The notes under the pieces: generated by a model
The model's input: the letters and a program-made list of their open reading frames with translations, nothing else
Told to the model about the DNA's origin: nothing
The model's database searches: none
Part shown: piece after piece, positions 33,364 through 43,738 of the stretch
Layout of the letters: each line of letters opens with the position of its first letter
Position numbering within the stretch: the first letter of the stretch is position 1
Position numbers and translations under genes: made by a program
DNA from: Carpediemonas membranifera BICM
Taxonomy: Eukaryota; Protista; Fornicata
NCBI GenBank assembly: GCA_019828565.1
Contig: JAHDYR010000067.1
Coordinates: 170,723-234,722, forward strand
Direction of reading: 5' to 3'
Length of the DNA: 64,000 nucleotides

Positions 33364-35044
33364 CTACCCCCTCCCCGCCAGCCAGGATTTGATGCGGGTC
33401 GTCTGAGCCGGGTCGACATTTGTCAGATACTTGTCTACGACCACGATAGGGGACGCGAACGGGCCGGCGCTTGGTCTGGTGATGCCTAGGGCTCGCAGTC
33501 TCTTGATCTCTTCGCGAACCTTGGCCCGTCTCGGTCCTCTTAGGCCGCGTGGTTTGAGCTGTACCAGAGCCCCTTCATCCTTCAAGTGGCTCCTCATGGG
33601 TGGGACGTTCGCCCCATTTGGTGCTATGTCGTCGAACAGGTGGGGCGTCTTGGCCAGGATTGTCTCTATCGCGGGCCTGAGGTCTTCCCTCTCGATCTTG
33701 ACACTCTCCGCCCGGCTCGCTTCCGCCATGAACATGGGAATGTCATCCCCATCGTCTTCACGCACCTCGTCCTTGAGTAGGCTGATGAAAAGCGCGTCCT
33801 TGGTCAGGAGGCCCAGGTATCTGAGCACATCGCAAGCAATAAGCACCTTGTCGCGACGGCCCGGGAGGAAATCAACCCAGGCGTCAAAGCGAACGGCCTT
33901 GCCTGCCAGTACTAGTTCTAAGGTGACAAGGGCCTGCTTATTCGAGCAAAAGATGTGATCGTCGGCCGCCAGGTAGTACCTGTTTGGACCCGTTATTGTC
34001 GGTAGCTGCATTGTCTCGACGATCGTCTGGGACACTCCCGTCCTCTTCGCCCCTGTGTCAATAATAAATACGTACTTGCGACCGTTTACTTCAGCGGTCG
34101 TCTTGAGCGGGCCCACATCCTCGTCCTCCTCTGCGTCCGACATAAAGTTGGCCTCAAAGGGGACCTTCTTCTTGGGATCGGCCCTGAGTGTACCTGTCCT
34201 GCGAGAGTAGCGCGGCTCCGCCTCCGTGGCGGGCTTCTGGGCGTCCGCGGTCTGGCGAGAGGGGCACTCGTTGACCCAATGCCAGCCTCCACAGAGCTTG
34301 CAGGGAACGAACGGCGGCTTTCTCGTCGGGTCAGTGTCGTTGGGCTTGGTGACTGGTGCAACAGTCTTCGGCTTGCTGGAGCCAGCTGCCTTGTCCTTAG
34401 TCTTGTCCTTATCCTTCTTAGACGAGTTCGACGGAGGCGTGTAGTATCCGAAGCGGATCGCGAGTGTCTTAGCTTGGTCATCGAGCTTGGCTGTCGTCAC
34501 TGCGAGCGTAAATGCGGACTTCAACGACTTCTTGCCGTCGTTTTCGTTCGTATTCGTGTGGAACTCCACGACATCGCGGAACTTGATGGGACGGAGGCCC
34601 TTGACGAATATCTTCCTTGCTTCTTTCTCGAAGCCGTCGGATGTGGTGGTGCTTATATCTGTCGTAGTATCCTGTGGCGGGCCGGTTTCCTGCTCGCCCT
34701 CGTTGGTTACGGGAGAGGCGCTCTCAAGAGCTTCTTCAACTTCCTCATCGGCCTGGACATCCGCGATGCGTCGATATACTTCGGAAAAGTCGGAGATGTA
34801 TTTCCGGATGTGAGTAATGCGCTTTCCGTTGTCCGCGCCGCATGTGACTTTCTCAAGATCATTCTTGAGGGCCTGGGTATCGGTCGGGGCAAGGAACTCC
34901 GAGATGTAGGAGTCAATTTGATCCTCGGTCATGTCAGCCATGGACACGTAATACGTGTCCTCGATCAGGTCCTGGATGTCCGACGGCATCATTACCGCCA
35001 GGATGGCGTTCGGCGCGAACGCAGTGAGACTAGTGACGTCCCGC
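33364..35044 (-). pseudogene. Ty3/gypsy element E gag-protease-RT start, internally deleted; 5' end at 47758-47955
   Basis: CKLCGGWHWVNEC, IDTGA, FASPIVVV; joins across D as QRWRRFKRDVTSL. Confidence 0.88.
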
Positions 35045-35124
35045 TGTGGCGTTTCCTGTCTCGTTGCTCCAGTGAGTTTTGTCAGTTTAAACCACTTCAC
35101 CAGTTCTTGCCTTGATTCGGCACA

Positions 35125-35744
35125 ATGTCGACATTATCGGAAATTGAGGTACCTGTTGTTGACGATGTTGCATCCACTCATGTTAAGGAGGATCTCGTCA
35201 CTGTCATCGAGAGTTCTGCGCCCACCAAGTCCGTCGATTACTTGATGGGGCAGATAGATGCCCTTCGTCAGCAACTTTCATCCTCCGTTGTGTCCACTAC
35301 GCCTGCCGTGCCGCTCAGCTCTCTAAAGCGCCCCCGTTTCGGGCAGGAGCTTTCGAGCCTGAGCCAGGATCATTGGCGGGCATTCTTGGCGGCTTACGAA
35401 CGCCATGTGCTCCAGTACCCAACTGCTGAGAGCATCCTCTCCAACCTTGGCAAGTGGTGTCACCACTTCGCCCTGGACACCCGCTTCGCGCCCTTGGTGC
35501 AACTGCATGCCGCCTGGAGCCTGCGAGCGGCTGTTCCACCTACGACGATCGCCAGCCTGGCAGCCGAGTTGGCAGTCTGCCAGGAGGACCTTGCCACGGT
35601 CAAGAAGACTGTGGCAGCGGCCTTCGCCGTGGAGGACCCTACACTTCTCCTCCGTCAGCTCGGCCAGAAGGGCACCGCCCTCTGGACTGATAGACGCTGC
35701 CCCCACGAGCTAGCAACGCAGGTCGCTTGGGTGGCCGCCGAACA
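35125..35744 (+). CDS. Element D gag N-terminus
   Basis: ATG directly after the LTR; rejoins in frame at 43739. Confidence 0.88.
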
Positions 35745-36286
35745 TAGCATCTGCCGAAGAACTCGTCCGACTGCAGTGCGACAAGCGACTCCAGGACATG
35801 TATGCGTCCTTTGGCCTCAAGGAGTCATCGGACCCGTCGCAGGTCGAGCAGCTGGTGGACACGGGGGGCAACCCACTTGCCATTGTCACGATGGAGGGCA
35901 CGATGGGTCCCAACAAGTGGACCAACCTCGGCAAGAGCCTGACAGAGTGCTGTGGGATGATAATGCAAGGCTCTACGTTGATCCGCGTGACCAACCATGG
36001 TAATAGACTTGATCAGCACGCTCATGGGATGCCTGCTTCCGACAAGAGGAGTGTTGACTCGTTCGTGGAACGCACCCGTGTGTCCGTGCGCCGTGAACGT
36101 GCGGCAAAACGGCCTAACGTCACCCGCATCAGGCAGAAGTTGATGATTATCCGCCATTACAACCTTCGTTCTTTCACGCTGGTCAAAGAGATCAAGGAAA
36201 CGAGGACCGAGATGCGTAAGGAGAAGAAAGCCAACTTCTGGGACAGTGAATGGAATATTTCCGTTGAGGATGACGAAGAAGTGTAA
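35745..36286 (+). pseudogene. 5'-truncated hypothetical ORF at the left edge of the insertion
   Basis: The frame of ORF 35798-36286 stays open back to the junction (ASAEELVRLQCDKRLQDMY). Confidence 0.55.
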
Positions 36287-36310
36287 ATGAAATGAAAATA
36301 AAACAAGAAT

Positions 36311-37072
36311 TTATAGCTCCTGTGCCGAACACTCTAAGTAGTAATTCATGATGGCTTGGTATACCTTGCGACGCAGCACATCACGCGATTCTGCCTCAGC
36401 ACGTTCCGCATTCCGCTTGGCAATGACAGAAGTGAGCTGACTGAGTGTCTTAGCCTCCTTCTTCAGAACTCTGGTGGGTCTGGCGAAGATGAGATCCGCG
36501 TCGCGGTCACGGCAAGGCTTGCTCAGGACGAGCTTGACGTCATCGACCGTCACACCGCACGATGAAGCAGCGAAGGCATGGACCTTAGCCCGGTAGGCGA
36601 TGGGAATGCGGTGAAAGGCATCATCCATCTCGCGGACAGTCGCGATGAGTGGGTCGTCCGTGTCCAGCTCATCTGTCTGGGCGTCAAGACTGAGGAGAGC
36701 CTTGAAGCGGTGACGCTTGTCCTCATCACCGCCTCCCTGCCACTTGCGGCTGATCTCTTCGACCGACTGGAGATTGCCGTAGAGCTTGTCCTTCTTCAAG
36801 GAGGCTACTTTCATTTTAGGGACCTCGGCGGCAAACTTCTGGCTGAAGTCGACAACCCATCCGTTTGCGCGGGTAATATCGTCATTATTAAGGAGGAAAT
36901 TGCTGATAAAGGTCTGAACGATCTCAATGGGCGTCTTGTGAGCTTTTCGGGCTGTTTTCGTGGACTTGTTGGACTTGCTCTGGCTCTTTTGCTGCGCTTT
37001 CTTGCCAAGAGCCATTCTCCTCTCCTTTTGAGCTTCAGTGGCCTGTATATTGCCTTGTTTACTTCTTGCCAT
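36311..37072 (-). CDS. Basic helical hypothetical protein
   Basis: 253-aa ATG ORF with a Lys-rich N-terminus, convergent with 35798-36286. Confidence 0.7.
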   Translation of the reverse strand: MARSKQGNIQATEAQKERRMALGKKAQQKSQSKSNKSTKTARKAHKTPIEIVQTFISNFLLNNDDITRANGWVVDFSQKFAAEVPKMKVASLKKDKLYGNLQSVEEISRKWQGGGDEDKRHRFKALLSLDAQTDELDTDDPLIATVREMDDAFHRIPIAYRAKVHAFAASSCGVTVDDVKLVLSKPCRDRDADLIFARPTRVLKKEAKTLSQLTSVIAKRNAERAEAESRDVLRRKVYQAIMNYYLECSAQEL

Positions 37073-37147
37073 CGTTGTTTCCTTAAAATGCGTGTGAAAA
37101 TGTGAAATGAACTGTGACTCTCGACATTGCTGCGCAGCTATGGTATT

Positions 37148-37470
37148 CCAACGGCACAGAACGGGTTTATAGCATGCATATGATCCATTCTGGTGCCTTT
37201 ATCCTCTATAACCAACATCAGTCCATCAAAATGAATCTTGCAACAGAATACTCATCCACACGCATCGAGAACGAAAAAGAAGCATATAACCAACATCAAC
37301 AACCTAATAGAAGGCTGCATGCAAGCGTAGAGCTCTCCTAGTCAATTCTTCATTTTCACCACCATCGATCTCCACGTCAGGATGAAACCGTGCGCCCAAA
37401 AGCTCAGAGATGCCGTTATAGATGATATAACGACGTCTCTGAGCTTTTCAGCGATTTCAGTTTCTGGCCA
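37148..37470. repeat. 322-bp repeat, copy 2
   Basis: Matches 1337-1658; hairpin at 37398-37448. Confidence 0.95.
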
Positions 37471-37751
37471 TGGATAAGCTACAAATCCTGTCAATGTTGT
37501 CCTCAGAGGACACTGAAAAATTTAATCTGTGTCCTCTGAGGACCAAATTGACAAAATCGAAAATGGAGCGATGAGATGCCCATCGAAAAACGGCCAAAAC
37601 AGCGCAGGTGCAGAATGAGCTGAAAATCGGCCAAGGGGTAGCTCTTGGGTCTTTATGGCTGATCGGAGGTATTTACATGACAGCTGGCAATATTTATTGA
37701 GATAAAACGTATTTCATTTTTCGAGAAAGTCTTCTGAGGACCAAATTGACA

Positions 37752-39928
37752 ATGGTTAACGAAGACATCATCTCTCTCGGCAAACTGAAGGAGACAATGC
37801 TTGCTCCTGACGATTCTGGTATGTCACTTTCATTTTCACGGTCCTATTTACACAGATGATTCATTCCGTGCATACGACGCCCTTTCGTCCACAAAGAGCC
37901 GTATAACCTGGCTGCAAGATCACGGCATCGTCTCTGATGACCCTCTGTTCTTCGTTTGCGTCCGTCTGATCAGCATTCGTACGATCAACGTTGTTTTCGG
38001 GTTCCCGTTGAAGCGCACTTTAAGCCAGCACGTTCACGACTATGGAGTTGCCAAACTACGCGCGATATGTGACGCAACTAACCGCAACTACCTCTGCGAG
38101 GTCGACTTTGACTCTCCCGACACAATTGAGGCATTCCGACAGAAGTTTTGTGACCACTTCACCGCCAAATCTGTTCATAAGGCTCTAGTCGGCGTCGACT
38201 CGCTCCCCTGTTGAGAAGCAGGTTGAGATTTACCGCGCATTCCACCTTGTGTTGCGCCACAAGGACTCGAAGAAACTCGATTCTCGTGTTCCGGCAGGCC
38301 AATTTGGCCAGTTTATCGCCCACGCCCAGCTCAGCAAGAAGCTGTCCTTCGCTGGCTCAGAGAAGCTGGCCGAGGAGTTGGCTAAGATCGGTTCGCTCGA
38401 TCCGTCAGCTCCTCTGAAGAGGAAGATCGCTCGTCTTGAGAAGGAGCTCGCCTCATCGACTGCTGCTCTGATGAAGGTCCAAGAGGAGTTAGTCCGGGCC
38501 CAGGACCACTCAGCAGCAGCCACCAAGCCTTCTGCCGTCGTTGCTGCCCCTCAGCCGCTTCCGGTTGTCGACGCAGAGTCCACGACACACGATGAATTTT
38601 CCGACACTGACGAGTCCGAGTCTGATGACCACTCTGAACCGGCCGCCATGCAGGGTGACGGCGTTCCTTTGCCCCAGACTGATCAAGACATCGACGTAGA
38701 GTCTGATGTGGACGACACAGACACCGTTGGTTCTCTCCTTCAGCAGCTAGACGACACCATTGCAGGCCTTGATGATGTCCCTGAGTCTGTGCGCTTGTTG
38801 GAGCAGTACGAGCCCTTGATAAAACGGCTTGCTGAGGAGAGGGAGGCGAGGGAGGCGCTTGAACAGGCTAACAGAGAGTCTGAGGAGTCCCAGAAGAGAC
38901 TTGAAGCTGAGTTAGGTCAGCAGAAGGCCGAGGATCAGGCGATCCATCAGTTTACTCAAGCAGAGTTGGCACGGGCGAGTGAGGCTGGGCTTGAAGCGCT
39001 CGCCGATGAACTCGAGGACAACTGGGCTGAGCTTGTCAGGCGCGCCGAGGAGGCAACAGTGGAGCTTGACCGCTACGTTCCTCTCGCTGCCTTGATGGTA
39101 CTGTTCCAGAGGAACAATGTGACTGGAGCCTTATGGACTCGGATCAATAGCACCATGATGAGGTACGGGGGCCAGAAGTTCATAACGGTCCCACCTCTCG
39201 ACCTCGGTCTGTCGCCAGAGATGAAGGCTATCATCAAACAGCACTCTCCGACGCCTGCCAATGTTCCCCCTATGCAGATATACTTACGGAGCGACGTTGA
39301 TAGGCAGAAGTACATCGACGTGGAGTACGACAAGGTAGGCGAGCGAGTTCTCAAAGATCGTAAGAGTTGGCGGAAGATTGCAGTCAACCCGGATGGATTG
39401 TGCATCGGCTACTGCCTGCAGAAGGTTGAGAATGGCGAGTTCGACAAGAAGTTTGCGGCAGAGGAAGTGGCAGCAGTGAGGGAGGAGGTGCGCGCCTGGG
39501 GATTCTCCGATGCTGGCGAGAGGCTGAGGCTTGAGACGTCTAACGTGTTCGTGCCCACCCTGATGTTCGACGATGCCACTGATTGGTACAGCAACTTTGG
39601 TGTCATGGCCTGGTCAGCTCTGAAGAGCAAGACTGTAGTCGTTATCTGGGTCAAGATGTTGACGTACCATGACAAGTATATTGTGCGGATGCATTTGACG
39701 GAAGTTTATGAGTCCGGCATGGTCCGGCGTGGATCTGATGAAGATGTGGCTGCGGCGCAAGCTATTGTGGTCGTCAAGGATGAGCATGCGACGCTATTTG
39801 TCCGCAAACGTTCAAAGGGTGGTAAGAGAAAGGCTCATACGACTTATATCAAGCGCAAGGCAGTCGATAAGGATCGCGAAAAGAGAGTTGTTGATGCCGA
39901 GGACGTTAAGCGTGGAGTTCCCGAGTAA
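37752..39928 (+). CDS. Coiled-coil plus OTU-like cysteine protease (deubiquitinase-like)
   Basis: ATG at 37752, 37-nt intron 37819-37855, 1-nt shift in CCCC near 38207; VNPDGLCI, WYSNFGVMAWS and EHATL match OTU motifs. Confidence 0.72.
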
Positions 39929-39954
39929 AAAAAGAGATGTTTTGACATTTTAAT

Positions 39955-40764
39955 TCATTTCTTCCGCTTCTTGAGTGCCGGATACTGCTCCAGGAACCTT
40001 GTGAGATAGTTCGGATGAGAAATGGGCAGACTCGGGAACCTAGCAATGGTTAAGACCTCACCCGCACCAAAGAAGATCTCGCCGTAACTGATACGAAGAA
40101 ACTCTTCGGCCTGAATGACGTTCGTCGACTCAACCGCAAGGACTGGAAGGTCCTTGAGCAAACGGTTGGTGAACTGGCAGTTGGTGTCACTCTCACTGTG
40201 GTTGATGAGGTGTACACCAATGCCTTCACCTTCGCCGGCGTCGACGTGAATGTTGCTAGCGTCGAATGAAATGCTGTGTAAAGGCATAATGAACAATGAA
40301 CAAACACCATGTTGCTGTTATTCGCGTGGTAGTCCTCGTCGGACACAATCCTACCGGCGTAAATGCCGAGGAGCTTTCCGGGCTCAATTGCGGCAGTTGC
40401 AATGAGGCCTCTACCCACGTCCGTGTGGTCGGGAGCCAGACAAGGCTGCACCTCAACGGCAATGGAGGGGTGGGTCAGCCGGGTGGATAACCAACTCGGG
40501 GGTTCGAGGGGAGGAAGGTCCTTCTCGGCCTCTTTAAGCTCCCCTGATCGACTCCTCGGGAGTGTTTGGGTAGATCGCGGCGACCAGATCCGGATGCAGT
40601 GCCTGAGTATGCACAACGGATTCAATGATGGAATCTTCGCTTGAGGAATCCTCCTGAGAATCATTTGAAGGCGCAGACGGCGGCGTCTTGCCCGCAGTGG
40701 ACGTAATGGGTATTCTGATACCCCCAGGCTGCGGCTTTGGTGGGAGCGCCTTTCTTCTCGCCAT
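39955..40764 (-). CDS. SET-domain lysine methyltransferase
   Basis: GRGLIAT..I..G..YAG, VDA, INHS..TNC, EFLRISYG; 32-nt intron 40305-40274; 1-nt shift near 40541. Confidence 0.88.
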
Positions 40765-40878
40765 CTGATTTTTTTTTTGCAAACGGACACGCGGTATTTC
40801 TCGGGATTGATGGGGCCGTCTCACACCGTAAAGGACACACATACAATATCTTATCTGTAACACCAGAATGCTTGCTTA

Positions 40879-41976
40879 TTGTGGTCCATATCCTTCCCTA
40901 TAGCTGGTTCGGCCAACTACCAGTGTTGGAAAAAAAGTGGTAGTTGCCAAATGGAGAGGAAATTTGGCAAATTCGGTACCAGACGCATCAGCGACCATCC
41001 TCTCACGTATGAATGCGTCTGTGGAATCACTAGGCCGCGTTCTGACCTTCGCAACCAGGGCCTGAAGGAATATGACGGAATCAGGTACACGCATGACTGC
41101 CCGTTCACCCTGAGCAAGCTTGTGAACCGCCGCATCGTTATCCTGCTCGAGCCAGTCCATGGCTTCGAAGCACCTACTTGTGCGAACCCGGTCTTCACTG
41201 TCACCGGGCTTGCTGGCTCCGAGGGGTACCACAAGCGCATGAAGGCCATCCTCGATCTCGTCAGCGACGAGTGGCTCACCACGGTTGCCGTCAGTTTCGT
41301 CTCGACGACCCACCTCGGCTCCATACTGCAACAGTTGGCTGCAGAATTCGCCAATTTCGAGACATTCTGGGTTGTTTCTGGCCACAGCGAGACCACAACG
41401 TCGAGAATGATCGTTAATGCGAGCGCTAACGAGTTCCTGTACCTTCACGATATCGTACAGATGATCCTCTTCGCTTTCCGTGAGCCATCCCTCGTCACCA
41501 CCAGCCGGGTTCGGCTCATCTACTTCGCCACCTGTACCGGAGCGGACAATAGCGAGTTCTCTCTGCTTAAGCAGTCCATTTCGACCCAGGCATACGAGCA
41601 TACGTGCATCATTCTCACTCCGGAGAAAATGCTTGCCAACGAACTCGTCCTGCAGGACTGCTTTTGGCTCTACCGCACTACATGCATGGACAACCCGCTC
41701 CACTTCGTCTCGCGTTACTTCTCCGGCTATGGGCTCGCACCTGGCACAGCAGGGAGACGGGTTATCGCGAATGGATCAATGTCCATAACCCCGGGCGCGA
41801 TTGAGATCCTCACAGCCACTCAGTTCCGCACGCCAATCCCTCTTCCCGAGATGGTCGACCTTGTTTCTGAGGTACTTGCATATAGACCACTGCAGAGATC
41901 TCCGGCGGATGTTATGGCCTCGCGCTACATTACTGAGATGACAGTTGCGCACAGAGCGGCACTGGAAGACACTTAA
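40879..41976 (+). CDS. Hypothetical protein, possible caspase/CHAT-fold (clan CD) peptidase
   Basis: FWVVSGHS and LIYFATC resemble the His and Cys strands of the catalytic dyad. Confidence 0.5.
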   Translation: MWSISFPIAGSANYQCWKKSGSCQMERKFGKFGTRRISDHPLTYECVCGITRPRSDLRNQGLKEYDGIRYTHDCPFTLSKLVNRRIVILLEPVHGFEAPTCANPVFTVTGLAGSEGYHKRMKAILDLVSDEWLTTVAVSFVSTTHLGSILQQLAAEFANFETFWVVSGHSETTTSRMIVNASANEFLYLHDIVQMILFAFREPSLVTTSRVRLIYFATCTGADNSEFSLLKQSISTQAYEHTCIILTPEKMLANELVLQDCFWLYRTTCMDNPLHFVSRYFSGYGLAPGTAGRRVIANGSMSITPGAIEILTATQFRTPIPLPEMVDLVSEVLAYRPLQRSPADVMASRYITEMTVAHRAALEDT

Positions 41977-41999
41977 AGTTCAAAATCTCCCTATTTAAC

Positions 42000-43221
42000 T
42001 TACTCAATTGGCTTCATATCCGCCACCTTCTGGTAGACAGTCATACACTGGTCGCAGAACCTGACACGATAGTCCTGGCCGTCGAGATGGAACTCAGCAT
42101 AGCTGAAGTGTTTCTCTTCGCAGAACCAGTTTAGGCACGCCCGGCAGACGCCAGTGTCCTTTGTCGACTTGTCTCCGTCCTTGATACACGCGTGACATCT
42201 GTTAGACCTTCCTGCCAGACTGCAAGCTGCGCAAACCTTTCTGTTCTTACCATCAATCCTCTTCTCTCTGACACACTGAAGATGCATGAACTGATGGCAG
42301 AGATAGCACGTTTCATACTCGTTTCTTTTCATGTTTGGGTTGAAGTACCATTCAGGTGAGGCACAAACAGCGCATGCGAACAGTAACTTACGCTGATATA
42401 GCTTCAGAAACGTCGCTTGCTTGAGGGCGGGGACCTTATCGTTCATTTCAACGGCCTTGGGTGACTGCTTGAGGAGATCAGTGACAGTTGTGGAGAGTGA
42501 AGCCGTCACCATCGCGGCAACCTCCTTCAAGTCAGCCTCTTCGAGCCTCGATCGCTTCTGAGCAGGCTCATGCATCTGCGCATCAAAAATTAAGCTTCTT
42601 GACGGGGGAATCAGGCTTGATGGTAGCCAAGTCAGCTCTTTTTCTGAGCTTTGGTACCAATGTTGTCACTGGAGTCTTTGTGGGTGTCTCTGCGGGTGTT
42701 TCTGCTGGGATACGTGCCTCAGGCTGGAGCTTGCGATGCTTGATCCTGATTACAACGGCTGGAGGCCATTGAATGCCGGTGCAAGTGATCAGACTGGAGA
42801 CATCGTGGAGTCCAAGTCCCCGAAACAGCACAGACATCCTGTTTCTAAACTCCTGCAAGTGTTCAGCTGCATTTGCTCTGTCTCTGACAACCAGGTAGGG
42901 TATCTTTGTGCCAATGAGCTCTGTGCCACCCTTTCTACTTGCCACAAATGCCTGAATGGGCTCAGTAGTCGTGCGCCTGACGGAGTTTGCAATAGAAATC
43001 TTGCGAAAGCCGTTGCAGAGGCCCGATATCACATCCTGCATGCCAAGGAGAGCGCGATGAACGTCAGAGGTCGTCAGACCGATAGTTGGGATGTCCGCGA
43101 CGTCGAAAAAGCATTCCAGGAAGCTAGTCACGAACAGCCGGCGGTACTCTGTTCTCTTATCCGATCCGCAAGACGTGCCCTGCGAAATCTCAGCTTTCTT
43201 CGCAGTTTCACTGGTCGTCAT
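42000..43221 (-). CDS. PHD finger protein, homolog of 4301-5530 (1-nt shift in a T run near 42586)
   Basis: FLECFFDVADI vs MLTCFFVIVDDI; FACAVCASPEW vs FCCGHCTSPDW; same tandem Zn fingers. Confidence 0.85.
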
Positions 43222-43243
43222 ATTCTCATCTTAAACTGCGCAG

Positions 43244-43471
43244 GTGTTGACGACAATGTTACGGTTATCCACGAACGAAAGGCTTAATCATATGACCAGT
43301 TGCATCCATGAAGTCGGCAAGATACAAGATTCTGTTCGAGAAATACGAAATCACATCACTGGGCTGAATTGCGAGGGGTTGGTGAATGAGAGGCTGAATG
43401 ACACACAACACGTTCTGGAAGAGATAGGAGATATGTTTATAGATGTAATACAGCAACTTAAAGACCACTAG
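43244..43471 (+). CDS. Small coiled-coil hypothetical protein
   Basis: 75-aa ORF divergent from the PHD gene. Confidence 0.35.
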   Translation: MLTTMLRLSTNERLNHMTSCIHEVGKIQDSVREIRNHITGLNCEGLVNERLNDTQHVLEEIGDMFIDVIQQLKDH

Positions 43472-43738
43472 CACGTTATTATCACTTTGAATAAGCAATG
43501 AATGGTTATGCAACATCAGCACCTACCTACGAATCACAAGAATGCCCCTAGCACGTCGTATGCAAGCAAAAATGAGACTTACCCGTACCTTCCGCACGTT
43601 TCTCTACGTTTCACAAACGTTGGTGAAACGTGTGAAATAGTGAAAAAGATACGGGTGAATCTCATTTTTTCTTGCAGTTTCTTGTGCAAAAGGGTGTTTA
43701 TCCTCCGTATATCCCCGGATTAACTGGCCATTCTAACA

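Larger units (their letters stand above)
35745..43734. mobile_element. 7,990-bp multi-gene insertion with no transposase
   Basis: AACA on both sides (35741-35744 and 43735-43738); removal restores a 1529-aa gag-pol. Confidence 0.85.

Noticed and set aside
35045-35100. N-terminus of ORF 33364-35100
   Set aside because: Derived from the antisense strand of D's LTR; the real E gag start is near 47837.
35745-36003. C-terminal part of ORF 35125-36003
   Set aside because: Out-of-frame read-through into the 8-kb insertion; the true gag continues at 43739.
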